The notes under the pieces are model-generated. The model did no database searches. It had not been told where the DNA came from and was given only the letters and a program-made list of their open reading frames with translations. The translations under genes and the position numbers were made by a program. This document shows positions 1 to 12,879 of a DNA stretch of 64,000 bases, piece by piece (within the stretch, counting starts at the first letter, position 1; every line of letters starts with the position of its first letter). Origin of the DNA: Eledone cirrhosa (taxonomy: Eukaryota); assembly GCA_964016885.1 (NCBI GenBank), contig OZ024742.1, forward strand, positions 117,614,001-117,678,000, written 5' to 3'.

Positions 1-759
1 ATACATTTCAACAGCTAGCACACCTTTTCATATATATATATATAGATTATTGGTATGTAAATTCAGTTCCTGATTAGGTCATCGCTGAGCGGTGGTTCAT
101 TTAATGTGTGAATAAAAAATATAATGATGTTATATTGATAATTCACTCTCACCTCCATCTGTGTTGTATAACTATCTTATTATTAACAACCTCAAATTAG
201 TTTGTTAATGTATTAACAATAAATTTAATTAACATTTCTTCAAATTACTTTACATTATTTTCAAAGCAACAGTATATAATGTTATGTTCACTATTGAAAT
301 AATGTTTCTTTAAATTGATTCAATTATTTTAAAATATTGTCTTTATATCCTGGATAACAGTATTGAAAGTTTCTCTGTTTTATTTTATTCTATTTTCAAA
401 GCAATAGTAGATAATTTTATTATCCATATTGAGATACGTTTCTTTAAATCATTTCAATCTCTTTTAAATAATCTTTCATTAAATCCAGGGTGTTGTTATG
501 TCTGTTATTGAAATGAAATTTCTACAAATTGTGACTGATCATGCATCTCTTGCATGATCAGTGGCAATCTAAAAAACTCAGAGTAGCAACAGAGATTAAT
601 CTAAGTAATATAATAAACATATATGTCACTCCAAAACTATAACTAGCACAACATACAGTATTAAACAAATTGCATATACAGGACTAAAACTAATCATATT
701 AGTCATATGCACCTTTGTGTGGTGGCTACTCTAGCCAAGTATAAGAACTTCTCTTTCAT

Positions 760-2475
760 CATCAGGTGATTGCACATTCCCTTTCAGGTACATAGAGCTA
801 TTACTAAAATACAATCTAACCACCTAGTGACTCTACTTTGAAAGATCACCAAACTCAGGGTTGCCCCACTTAAGGTGGGCATACTGGAAAGTAGAGTGAA
901 ATTATTGAGAAGAGACAAGTAGTTGTGTGCTGTGTGCATGAGGTGAGATGAAAGAGTGCATAAACCAGACTCACTACAGCGAAATACAAGCTCTTCCAAG
1001 TAAGAAATGATAATAGGGTAAGTGGAATAGGTATTTTACTAGCTGAGAAGTGGAGACATAAAGTAATTGAGGTAACTAGAATAGGTGACTGAATTATCAA
1101 GATCAGAATAGCCCTAGGTAATAGAATGGCAAGTTAACTCCATGGATGCACCACAATCAGGGCTAAGTAAAGAACAAAAGCATCGTTTCTATGATGAACT
1201 CATAGAGATAACTTCAAAAAGAGATGACAGTGATGTCATCATTCTCGTATGTAACTTCAATGTGCTGCGAAGCAATGTATCAGTAGGAAACAGGATGTCA
1301 TTAGGGAGAAGAGTGTTTGGATGATACAGGTACACTTAGCTTCACTGACACTTAAAAGAGGCCTGGAAATGCTACTGTAAGAGGCTGATGAATGTAGCAA
1401 ATGAGTGAAAGGAAAAGGACTACCCCAAACCCCAATAGACTCAACAGTGGACTTGACTATCAAGATATGGGGTTATGGAGTCAAAAAGCAATCAGAAATG
1501 AAAAATGGTAAAGCAGCTGGACCATCAGAGATAGTTACTGTGATACTGAAACCATCTGGGGAAGTAGGAGTTGAGGGTGTCATGCACAATGACTGACATA
1601 ATAGGATAATTATCAATTGCTACAAAGGAAAAGGTTATGTTCAAGAATGGAGCAACAAGAGAGGCATAAATCTGATGGGTCAAGATTTGGAAGGGACAGA
1701 AAGAACAAATGAAGAAACAAATTAGGAAAAGTGTCAAATTAGTTAAGATACAGTTTGGTTTTGTGCCATGAAGGAGCATCACAGATACCCTCATCTTAGC
1801 GAGACTACTACAAGAAAGGTTTCTTGCTAGGTGTAGGGAATGAGTTTAGTGAGGAATCAATGTGTAGTTGGGTGTTCATCAAGGCTCAGTATTCTGTTTC
1901 TTCATACTTATTATAGTTCTAAGGCATATTATAGTTCAGAGGCATTTAAGATTGGCTGTCTATGGGAACATTTGTATGCTGGCGACCTGGATATTATAGC
2001 CAAATCTGTAGAAGAGATTGAGTAGAAATTCTTGTTGAAGAAACAGAACTTTGGATAAAAAATGCTTAGAGTCATCCTTGAAAAGATAATGTTTTACTCT
2101 GATCCTATCAGGGAAGTGGTGAATCTTAATAGATAGAAAAGGAGTAGAAGAGGTAGGAGTCAAGGCATATTATAGTTCAGAGGCATTTAAGATTGGCTGT
2201 CTATGGGAACATTTGTATGCTGGCGACCTGGATATTATAGCCAAATCTGTAGAAGAGATTGAGTAGAAGAGGTAGGAGTCAAGCTAGTGTGCTGGTTTGG
2301 ACATGTGATGTGTATGGATGAAAAAGCTAGGTAGAGGTGATTAGAGCTCATAGCAGAATACTGAACCTCAGAGAAGAGATTATAAATGAACACTACAAGT
2401 GAAGAGAGACTCTAATGGAAAGGATGCATCTAACCCAAGCAAGGAAAAACAAATGTAAAATGGTGATGATGGTGA
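760..2475 (+). mobile_element. Degenerate RTE-clade LINE relic (APE endonuclease and RT fragments)
   Basis: Fragmentary translations: APQSGLSKEQKHRFYDEL (APE), MKNGKAAGPSEIV, QFGFVP and GCLWEHLYAGDL (cf. RTE GCPWELLYADDL). Ends in a gat-repeat tail. Many stops and frameshifts. Confidence 0.75.
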
Positions 2476-2599
2476 TATTCTCTACTTTGGTATTGAACAC
2501 TTTTGTAAACCCAAATATATAGCTATATTTATATATGAATATTTACTTGCGTGTATGTATGTAAGCATGAATGAGTGCATGTGTGTGAAAGCATATGTG

Positions 2600-2665
<66 letters not shown>

Positions 2666-2840
2666 TAGATATGTTTCTTTATTAGCCACAGGGGCACAAA
2701 AGAAGGGGACAAATACAAAGGGGGAAGTATAGATAGATATATATATATATATTATATGTATTATATATTAGGTATATAGATATATATAATATATAATTTT
2801 CTATGAAATCTAATAAATGATACATTCAATCTACTTTCAG

Positions 2841-2858
2841 ATTTAGTTAAAGAAGAAG
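2841..2858 (+). CDS. Candidate 18-nt phase 1-1 microexon, (D)LVKEE(G)
   Basis: ctactttcAG|ATTTAGTTAAAGAAGAAG|GTaatg, with a branch-like ctaat about 30 nt upstream. Lies in a short non-TE island. Frame-compatible with the exon at 27704. Confidence 0.4.
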
Positions 2859-2986
2859 GTAATGTATTAATATTTTTTCGTTTTTTTAACTCTATTTTTT
2901 GTTTATTTTTATTTTATTTTTATTTTATTTTTATTTTACCAATATATATATATAAATACATATAAATATTTATATATATTTATATA

Positions 2987-3064
<78 letters not shown>

Positions 3065-3299
3065 AATATATATATATACATATATATATATACACTCATA
3101 TACAAACTCATACCCACATACCCATCTTTTTCTGTTCAGTGGGTTTATATGCCCCATTATTAGACTATATTGCGTAGTCAATGTTACAGCGCTGCTTTTA
3201 TTTCTATTTCAATTCCATATATATGTATATAATATATATATATAATATATATATATGCAAAAATTGAAGCTTACATACTCCAATGGATGTGTAATAGTA

Positions 3300-3560
3300 A
3301 TATACATGAACAGTAAAGAATAAATGAACTGAAAGAGAAACTGGACATAAGAAGGCAGTGTGCAGGAGAGGAGATTGCAGTGGTATGGACATGTGATGTG
3401 TATGAAGGTTGACAGTAGTATAAAAAGGTGCAGGGTACTCAAAGTTGATGGAAGATATGGAAGAGGAAGGCCTAGGGAGGCTTGGGATGAGGTAATAAAA
3501 GCTGACCTCGACCAATTGCACCTCTCAATGATCAAGAGCTCTGGCATTATACAGTACTGC
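3300..3560 (+). mobile_element. RTE LINE 3' fragment
   Basis: QERRLQWYGHVMCM...GRGRPREAWDEVIKADL, the RTE C-terminal R-L-x-W-x-G-H...RGRP motif. Confidence 0.75.
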
Positions 3561-5249
3561 AGAAGACCTGTCTTCCCATTTTCACGGGTTGATGCAAACA
3601 TATACTGGTCTCTAGTATGCACCACTCCTTCCCCCACTTCCATACATCTCCCATGTCCTAACACTCCACCTTTCACCAGCTAAGTACCCCACCCTAGACC
3701 TACCTCTCCAATCCCCACCCTACATACACCCACCCCCAACCCACACCCTGTCCTTACTGTAAATGTGGTAGGTCTTTGGAAGGGCATCCAGTTGTAGAAA
3801 TCAAGCCAAAGTCAGTCCTGTATGAGCAAGACATGTCACTTGACCTAGCATTGCCCACAACAGGACAACTCATCTAACCCATGCTAGCGTGGAAAAATGG
3901 ACATAAAACAGTGATGATGATGATGATGATAATGATGCAGGTAGAAGTCTACCGTGGTTCTGTTCTTAGCCCTCTCCTGTTTATTATCATTCTGCAGGAT
4001 GGAAAAAAAGTTTGGCAAGCTTCTACCGCTAATAGCTACAAAAGGTTTTTCCCTCAAAATGAAAGTAGAATGTTTGAAGCTTGTGTACAAACAGCAATGC
4101 TGTATGGAAGAGAGACAGAGTCATCTGATCTGACTTATCTCATAATGGAACAACTTGTCTAACCCATGCTAGCATGGAAAAATGAACGTTAAACAGTGAT
4201 GACAATGATGATATATATCACTTACAAACATTACCTGGAGCATTTCATCAAGACTCCAGAATCTGATAAGTTGTCACGTCTTTCACAAGACTGAATATTC
4301 CTTTTGACCATTTATTTGGCAAGTTTTTTTATGGCTGGAAGCCCTTCCTAACACCAACCACTTTACAGAGTGTACTTAGTGTACTTAGTGTGTTTTATCA
4401 TAGCACTAGCATTAACATTCTTTTGACACAACTGATGAGACTTCCCAACATTTTTTGGAATGGTTTCTACAGCTGGATTCCATTTCTAATGCCAACCACT
4501 ATACCACATGTACTGAGTGTGTTTTATTATGGTGCCAGCACTAGAGATGTTTACATTCCTTGACACAAGTAAAGCATCCTTTTTTTAAATGGTTTCTACA
4601 GATGGATTACTCTCCTTACACCAACCATATTACAGAGGACATGGGGTATGCAATATATTGGGGCACCAGCACTAAATAGGTTACTGATAATTGATTCAAT
4701 TGAAGAACCCTCTCTACACTATGACAGAGGTGATGTCCTGTCCTAAGTGAGATATTTCAGAGTTGGTGTGGGTAAGAAAGATGGAGGAGTGGAGATAAGA
4801 TGTATTATAGACATGAATAACATGGGTAAGTGACAGTAGGTGGGAGGAGAAAGGAATGAAATCAAGTAAGGGTGGTGCCCCAGCATGGCCTCAGGTGGAT
4901 GACTGTATCAGGGAAAAGAGTAAAAGAGTAAGTATGATGTCAAGGTTGTAAGACGAGTGTGTTTGGGTTTGAATAGGATGGGAGAAATTAAGAAGGGTGA
5001 TAGGCGAGATTGAATTGGGTAATAGGTGTGATGAATGATGTAATGGGTGTATGAAAAGTGTGTGTTGAGAATGGTAGGATTTGACAGGGTGATGTGTGAG
5101 AGGAAGGGGGAGACACAGTGTTCATATGAACAATTACTAAGGGACTATGGCTGGTGTGTTGTGATTTAAAGAGGCTAGGGGTGATTCTGGATTAAACAGG
5201 TTATTGAGAAGTGATGGATAGGGCAGGAACGTATCAGATCCAGATCACC

Positions 5250-5790
5250 TTCACATTTTATATCTACAGGCAAGTCTTCTCCAACACCACATATCACCTA
5301 TCCTCACAGTCATTTGTCAACTCTGTTGTGAGGTTCTGCTTCCTGAGGTTGGTTTTCACTACTTTATCCAATGTCTTTCTTGGTCTACCTCTGCCAGGAG
5401 TCCTGACTACTATGATTTCTCTGCAGTTCTTTATACAACTGTCATCTTCCATATCAACTATATGTTCATGCCAATGCAATCTTCTCTCTTGCACATTACA
5501 TCCAACTCCTCTTATGCCATCCAATTCCTCTCAGTTCACTTATGCTGCATCATTCAGACATGCAGACATTACATATCCAGTGGATCATACTTGCTTCTTT
5601 TCTGTCTACCCTTCATAGATCTTCAGTATTCAAGGCCATGTAGCATTGCAGTTCACACACAAGCATCATACAGTCTACCTTTTACTTTGGGAGAGAAGCC
5701 CCTAGTATCAGCAGATGTACTAGCTTCCTAAACTTTCATAATCTAACTACTACCATTTCAGAACATCTTCCTTCATTACTGATAAAAGAA
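5250..5790 (-). mobile_element. RTE LINE 3' fragment
   Basis: VQERRLHWHEHIVDMEDDSCIKNCR...GRGRPRKTLD on the minus strand. Confidence 0.7.
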
Positions 5791-5894
5791 TTTCAGTAAT
5801 GACAGCTGTCAGCAACTTTTAGCGAGCCCCCTGGATAAGTTAAAGAATCCATTTCACATGTGCTCTTAGTGGTTATTATTATTTTACATACAAT

Positions 5895-6086
5895 GGGCAG
5901 TGAATTGGCAGTGTCGGTAGAGGGTCGGACACCATGCTTTGACACATAGAATTACGGCCCTTGCCATTCTGAGTTCAAATCCTGCTGAGGTTAACTTTGC
6001 CTTTCATCCTTACGGGGTCGATAAAATAAAGTACCAGTAATGCACTGGGTAATTTCTGGCCTTGTGCCAAAAGTAAAAACAATTAT
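5895..6086 (+). mobile_element. SINE family A (tRNA-like head with gagttcaaatcc B-box; core tttgcctttcatccttacggggtcgataaaataaagtaccag)
   Basis: Near-identical copies elsewhere in the window: about 13500-13720(-), 13880-14058(-), 27180-27402(+), 40340-40550(-), 50085-50245(+), 54990-55212(+), 55943-56127(+). Confidence 0.8.
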
Positions 6087-6284
6087 TTTACATACAAAGT
6101 TTACCTTTTCTATTTACATGCCTGTACACCTTATGAAATTCTGCCCAATCCGTCATGATATATCAAACAAGGTCATTTCCTGGACAGCATCAGAGTCCGG
6201 ATTCTTTTCTAATTATTAAGATTATATATATAGACAGATATTTAAATATATATATGAGTGCGTGTATATATATATATATATATA

Positions 6285-6550
6285 TATAAGGAAAAGGAAT
6301 CGAAAATGTTACTGGAGTCATTTTAAGAATATTTATTTGCTTCCTTTACCAGTTTTATGGTGTTCAAAAGTAGAATTTAGATGGAGGGTTTAAACCACAA
6401 ACCATCCATCTCAATTCTACTTTTGAAAAGTGTAAGAACTGTGAAACCGGTAAAGGAAACAAATAAATATTCTTAAAAAGACTCCAGTAGCATTTTTGAT
6501 TTCTTTTCCTTATACGTTCACTCATGTAGGACATCTCGTTATTTTCATTT
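6285..6550. repeat. Fold-back (about 230 bp imperfect palindrome) with a unique 3' tail of about 36 nt, adjacent to (TA)n
   Basis: tataaggaaaaggaatc...actggagtcattttaagaatatttatttg is the near reverse complement of caaataaatattcttaaaaagactccagt...gatttcttttccttata. Inner arms ttcaaaagtagaat / attctacttttgaa. Confidence 0.8.
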
Positions 6551-6621
6551 AAAAAAAAAACTCATTTTCTTATATATATACACACACATACACAGGCACA
6601 AACATATACATACATACACAT

Positions 6622-7548
6622 TCATCATCATCATCATCATCATCAACGTTTAACGTCCGTGTTCCATGCTTGCATGGGTTTGGACGGGGGTTTCCCACTT
6701 GAGTCAAGAGTGATTATCTTGCTCGCATAGGACTATCTGGCGGGTTTTCTACAGCTGGATGCCCTTCCTAACACCAACCACATTTACAGTGTGGGGCTGG
6801 GAGGTTTTTACCGTGTTGCCTACACGGCCACATTACAGCGTGAACTGTGTGTTTTTTTGACGTGACACCTACACGATCTCATTTGTTTCGGCCTGGATGT
6901 TGTGGCACCAACATAACTTTACATTGAAAGGGGCGGTGTGGATGGGGTGGGGGGGGGTGGGGTGTATTTTGATAGAGATGCCTACTTACTGTAGTAGGTT
7001 TTACTTTGTATTTAGGTAAGGCGGGTCTTCTCTATTACTGAGTACCGCCAAAGGTCTCGGTCCAGTGACATTGTCTTGGTGAGGTGTAAGTGTGTGAGGT
7101 CGGAATTTATCAGCTCGTCCCAGGTTTTTCTGGGTCTGCCCTATTCCGTGGCTACCGTCTATCTTTATTACCCTGCAATTTGTTATACAGCTATTGTCCT
7201 TCATACGCATCACGTGACCATACCAACGTAGCCTTCTCTCGAGTAAACAACATCTGATCCCTCTTATTTCTAATTTTTTCCTTAGTTCGTTTATGCTTTG
7301 CCGTTCACGTATATTACTATTACACATCCAGCGGAGCATGCAAGCTTCATTTCTCTCTAGTCTGCGTATATCCTCTGCACACAATGCCCAGGTCTCACTG
7401 CCATGCAACATTGCTGTTCGTATGCAGGCATCATACAACCTGCCTTTCATTTTTAGGGAGAACCCTTTAGCGGCTAATAGTGGTATAAGCTCTCTGAACT
7501 TTTTCCATCCAGTTCTGACTCTAGCTACTGTACTTTCAGAGCACCCTC
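6622..7548 (-). mobile_element. 5'-truncated young RTE LINE (RT C-terminus, 3'UTR and (GAT)n tail)
   Basis: ORF 7001-7450 KGRLYDACIRTAMLHGSETW...ERRLRWYGHVMRM. Highly similar to 11221-12348 and 16426-16805. Confidence 0.9.
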
Positions 7549-7762
7549 ATTCACACACATATACCTATATATATACATATATACACACACACATATATAT
7601 ATATATATACACACACACATATAATCAATATTATCATCATCACCATTAGCATGAGCTATATATATATATTTCTATATATATATATATATACAACAACATA
7701 CATATACATACTCATAGATGCATATATATATATACTAGACCTGAAAAATGTGCAAGCTCTAA

Positions 7763-8580
7763 AGAGCCACAGAATGTTATAATAAACCTTCAAAAGTGTG
7801 GGACTAGAGTTGTTGCTCAAAAATATTGTTATCATTATCTATCGTACACTCTGTGGCATCCTTTTATAAAAAAGAGACCCATAACGAACTCAAGATGACA
7901 CGATAATTATTTAAGCTAATGTTCAATATCTCATATTAGATGTTTAGTAATGATTACTACGAAATGCACTTAAACCAAATTCTATATTATAAATTCACTT
8001 AAATAATTATCGTGTCGTCTTGAGTTCATTATGAGTCTCTTTTTTATAAAAGGATGCCACAGAGTGTACGATAGATAATGATTACAATATTTTTGAGCAA
8101 TAACTCTAGTCCCACACTTTTGAAGGTTTAATATAACATTCTGTGGCTCTAGTTTTTTGTGCATTCAGTTTGGACAGTTTTTAGAGAGTTTGTTCAGGGT
8201 CGGGCCCTTGGTAAATAATATCTCGTAGCTCTCCGAGGTACATAGGTCACAACACTTAAGCCCACCTATGCATGAGCATGCCAATTGGTGTATTTTCCAT
8301 TTGATGGTGAAAAGGGTGAAATTCTTCTTGATGTCGTATATATAGGTGGCGCGTGCCGCTTGATTTGATTTTTCCGGTCTTCTAAAAGAGTGGGTGTGTC
8401 CATACCACCATGTTTTAAATTATTGGATGTTATGCCGATGTATATTTTTATTTTTTATTTTTGTTGTTATTGTTGTCACCAGAGATGACATCACATTTAT
8501 ACACAATGACATTCAGGAGGCATTCATTTGTTTTTAAGTGGGTATGCATCTGTTTTTTGGCAGTTGCATAGTATTTCATT
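7763..8580 (-). mobile_element. Penelope-like element relic: GIY-YIG endonuclease 3' part (8150-8580, minus) plus inverted terminal duplication (arms 7763-7915 / 7998-8150)
   Basis: Manual minus-strand translation (with frameshifts): CNC...ECLLNVIVYKC...IYIGITSNN/FKTWWYGHTHSF...IKWKI...KCCDLCTSESYEILFTKGPTLNK. This fits the PLE GIY-YIG pattern VY..YIG.T..FK.R...H...CxLC..E...LN. The 153-bp arms are reverse complements. Confidence 0.75.
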
Positions 8581-8641
8581 CTAGAAATGGGTTTTGGAGG
8601 TAGTATATGGGTGTATATTTATATGTGTCTATACATGTATG

Positions 8642-8680
<39 letters not shown>

Positions 8681-8734
8681 TTGCATGTATGTATCTATGT
8701 ATCTGAGTTTGTTTGTATGTCTATGTATGTGATA

Positions 8735-8785
<51 letters not shown>

Positions 8786-8861
8786 TGTATATATATATAT
8801 ATATGCATATATATAAAATAATAGTAGTTAAGACGGGATTAATTCACCATAATTGTTTATT

Positions 8862-8915
8862 CTATGATATATATTTCTGTTACATGGTTATTCATGTGAC
8901 TTCATCAGTTCATAC
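8862..8915 (-). ncRNA. Minimal hammerhead ribozyme-like motif
   Basis: Minus strand reads tatgaa-CTGATGA-a-gtcacatg-aataac-catgtaac-a-GAAA-tata-TA-tcata. Helix II pairs 7/8, helix III is palindromic, helix I has one bulge. Confidence 0.55.
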
Positions 8916-9354
8916 GCAATCATAGGTGCCGTTATGCAATCATTGGGATATGCTGGTGGCCATGTAGAAATATCCTGTAGTGATGTGAAACGGCTGCTAT
9001 AAACTACTGACCTGAAGTGCTTTTGGATCGCTAGGGCCAGCTTATCCTCAAGAAGCTACGATGTATCAGCTACTTATAAGCAACATTTCTCTGCAATATA
9101 TGTATCATCATCACCTTTTAACGTCCATCTATATATATATGTTTATATATATATATATATATGTGTGTGTGTCTGTGTCTGTGACTGTGTGTGTGTGTGT
9201 GTGTGTAAGTGTATTTGTGTGCATATATATGTGTGTGTGTGTATCTATCTATCTATCTATATATGACAGTCAATTGACTTTCGTCAAATCAGACCGAGGA
9301 AACAATGTTTCCATTGGTCTTTCCAATTGCTAATACTATCTATCGGTCGCAACT

Positions 9355-9485
9355 CCAGGTAGAAGGAGCAACGTGAAATAAAGTCTCTTGCCCAAGGACA
9401 TAACGCATCGCCCGGTCCAGGAATTGAACTCACAACCTCACGATTGAGAGTTCAATTCTCTTACCACTCAGCCACGTGCCTTCAC
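9355..9485 (-). mobile_element. SINE family B 5' fragment (tRNA-derived head)
   Basis: Reverse complement gaaggcacgtggctgagtggtaagag...gaggttgtgagttcaattcc...gtccttgggcaagagac carries A- and B-box-like motifs. Confidence 0.7.
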
Positions 9486-10337
9486 ATATATATATATGTG
9501 AAGGCGATTTTATCCTTAATAGGATATCTCAAAACGCGAACGAAACCCCAGGGTAGGGACATAATCATGGTAAGAGTGTACGCATTTCTTCTAACTTTAA
9601 TTTTATACCTAATTGAGTATGGTTGACGGTATATTTAGTAGATTTCTACATGCTGTTGAAATGTTGGGTAAATATTCTATTGCGGTCGGCCGCGAAGAAG
9701 CTGCTGTCGTTTATTTATCAGATATTTCTTCATAGGAGCCTTACTCTTATAGCCTGGCCTAATTGATTTTTTATGTGGTTAATTATGCTAATTGGGAGAG
9801 GAAATGGTGTATATATTTTATCAAATGATTCTATGGACATACTTTATGACATATATATATATATGTCCCTCTATTGTTTCAATTTCACCACCTTCACCAA
9901 TAATTCATTTGATACCAAACATTCTTTGTTTGCCCAGAGCCTGACAATTATCAGTCACTCATAAAACCCATTTGTATAGATATATGTTTAGAATAAATGA
10001 ATCCTTCAAAAGTGTGGGCATTTGAGTGTGAATGTGAATCTTGACTTTTATTTGTGTCCTTGTATTATTGTGTATATATCTAAAAATAGTTTTTTCAAAG
10101 AATCCCTGTTCAAATCCCTTGACCACCACCCATCCCCAAAATTACCACTATCCCCAACCACCATTATAAATACAACAGTTTTACAAGGTCGGCCAGCTTT
10201 CCTGATGATTTTGTTTGTATGAAACAATTCTAGTCCTGTAGAAGCCATTTCTATATTAAACTTGACTTTTAAACTGTACTAATGTATTGAGTACCTTATA
10301 ACTATGGTCCCCCCCCCCCCCCCCCGAGTGAACCCAG

Positions 10338-10369
<32 letters not shown>

Positions 10370-10489
10370 CATATATATATATATATAACTTTGATAGGTT
10401 TCGGCCAGTATTGGCCCAGGCCATGTCTAACTTGATTGCACCACCTGGCGAAATATATATTTATAAATACATAAATATATGCATCATTT

Positions 10490-10738
10490 CATTTTTTTTT
10501 TTTTACGTCCACTTTTCCCTGCTTGCAAGGGCGGGACGGGAACTGATTCTGGTTTGATTTCTACAGCTGGATGCCCTTCCTAACACCAACCTCATTTACA
10601 GTGAGTGCTGGGTGCTTTTTTGCCGTGGCACCTCCACGACCATTTTGCAGTGGAATGATAGGGGCCCAAGTCCCTATCATCTCATTTCTACAACTGAGTA
10701 AACTGGAGCAATGTGAAATAAAGTGTCTTGCTCAAGGA

Positions 10739-10745
<7 letters not shown>
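10490..10745 (-). mobile_element. SINE family B body and tail
   Basis: Reverse complement of 25427-25680; contains the core tggtgttaggaagggcatccagctgtagaaa. Confidence 0.75.
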
Positions 10746-10801
<56 letters not shown>

Positions 10802-11059
10802 TCAAAGTTATATATATATGCTTCTACATAAACTGGAAATATTCTCCCAACTTGTAGAATACTTATAATGATTTGGAAAGAGAGATATATTTTAATTTTA
10901 ATTATATCTCATATAAAATAATACAACTGACTTTCCACAAAATACATATAGTTAGCACCCCAGACACTAAATTGGGTTTATACTAACGTATAACCTAATG
11001 TTTGTTGAGTGAGATGGTTACCAGTCGGAGTTTAGCGTAAAGCTTTCTCTGTTATTGTA

Positions 11060-11109
<50 letters not shown>

Positions 11110-11220
11110 AGATGATGATGATTATATACGTGTGCATGTGTATATATATATATATATATTTTTTTTTTCTTCGTTTTCGTTTCCATCGGTCGGAAACAAA
11201 AACGGTGATGATGTTATATA

Positions 11221-12348
11221 CATCATCATCATCAACGTTTAACGTCCGTGTTCCACGCTTGCATGGGTTTGGATGGGGGTAGTCCCACTTGAGGCAAGAG
11301 TGATTGTCTTGCTCGCATAGGACTGTCTGGCAGGTTTTCTACAGTTGGATGCCCTTCCTAACACCAACCACATTTACAGTGTGGGTCTGGGAGGTTTTTA
11401 CCGTGTTGCCTACACGGCCACATTACAGCGTGGCCTGTGTGTTTTTTTGTCGTGACACCTACACGATCTCATTTGTTTCGGCCTGGATGGTGTGGCGCCA
11501 ACATAACTTTACATAGAACGGGGTGGTGTGGATGGGGTGGGGGTGGTGGTGGTGGGACGGGGGGGGGGGGTTATTTTGTTAGAGATGCCTACTGGCTGTA
11601 GTAGGTTTTACTATGTATTTAGGTAAGGCGGGTCTTCTCTGTTACTGAGTACCGCCAAAGGTCTCGGTCCAGTGACATTGTCTTGGAGAGGTGTAAGTGT
11701 GTGAGGTCGGAGTTTATCAGTTCGTCCCAGGTTTTTCTAGGTCTGCCTATTCCGTGGCTACCGTCTATCTTTATTGCCCTGCACTTTGTTATACAGCTAT
11801 CGACTTTCATGCGCATCACGTGTCCATACCAACGTAGCCTTCTCTCGAGTAAACAACATCTGATCCCTCTTATTTCTAATTTTTTCCTTAGTTCGTTTAT
11901 GCTTTGCCGTTCACGTATATTACTGTTACACATCCAGCGGAGCATGCAAGCTTCGTTCCTCTCTAGTCTGCGTATATCCTCTGCACACAATGCCCAGGTC
12001 TCACTGCCATGCAACATTGCTGTTCGTATGCAGGCATCATACAACCTGCCTTTCATTTTTAGGGAGAACCCTTTAGCAGCTAATAGTGGTATAAGCTCTC
12101 TGAACTTTTTCCAACCAGTTCTGACTCTAGCTACTGTACTTTCAGAGCACCCTCCCCCACTGTTGATTTTATCACCCAGGTAACGGAAGCTGTCCACTAT
12201 TTCTATAGAACCCTCTGCGCAATTGAAAGAGCTAGTATTTAGTGGGCACTTGCTGCTACTTATTGCACCAGAGCACTGGCCACATGTAAAATCTATGTTC
12301 TTAGTTAGCTTACCTGTGATCCCACTACATCTTTTATGTGCACATGTA
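11221..12348 (-). mobile_element. 5'-truncated young RTE LINE with intact C-terminal 192-aa frame
   Basis: ORF 11619-12197 DSFRYLGD...ARVRTGWKKFRELIPLL...RRLRWYGHVMRM...GRPRKTW. An upstream Cys-rich (PHD-like) piece is visible. (GAT)n tail. Confidence 0.9.
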
Positions 12349-12879
12349 TATTATCATCATCGTCATCATCGCTTAACATCCATTTTTCCTGCTATCAAGG
12401 ATTGCACAGGTCATTATACACTAAGTCAGTATTTAAATGAAGCTACTGACACCTCAAATGGGCTGAGGTGGAGGGAAGTCAGATCTTGCTTCCATATATT
12501 TTAGCATTTACACAGTGTACTGGCTGTTTTATCATATCCTCAGCACTAGGAAGGTGGGGATTATGACTTGTCCCATGTGTGCAGTACTTAGGTAGAGGGG
12601 GCAGGAGTTAAAAATAATGATATGAGGTTAAGTGAGTGGGAAGGTGGGATAGCATGTATGATGTCATCATGTATGACAACTGTGGTGGGATATAAAAGGG
12701 TGATGTGAGGGAGAAAAGGTGTGAGAAAGTATGTCATGGGTGTATAACAACTATAAGGGGATTTGAGATGGTGATATGAGAAAGAAAGTGATTGGAGTGA
12801 TCCTAGATAGAATGTGGATTACAGTGATAGTAAAAATAGTTACTAAGGAATGATAGTGGAGGAGGGCATGAATGGGTTT

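Noticed and set aside
4431-4470. CTGATGA hammerhead start
   Set aside because: No GAAA or helix III follows; lies in decayed SINE tails.
9264-9330. Hammerhead-like gaaa-gtcaattgac palindrome on the minus strand
   Set aside because: The CUGANGA box and helix II cannot be formed. May be a relic but is not supportable.
10388-10460. Hairpin ggcca/tggcc plus gaaa between TA runs
   Set aside because: Core too incomplete to call a ribozyme.
11683-12183. 166-aa plus-strand ORF (also 7293-7649, 29752-30120, and antisense ORFs in 60675-63302)
   Set aside because: Antisense shadows of LINE or Gypsy coding sequence.
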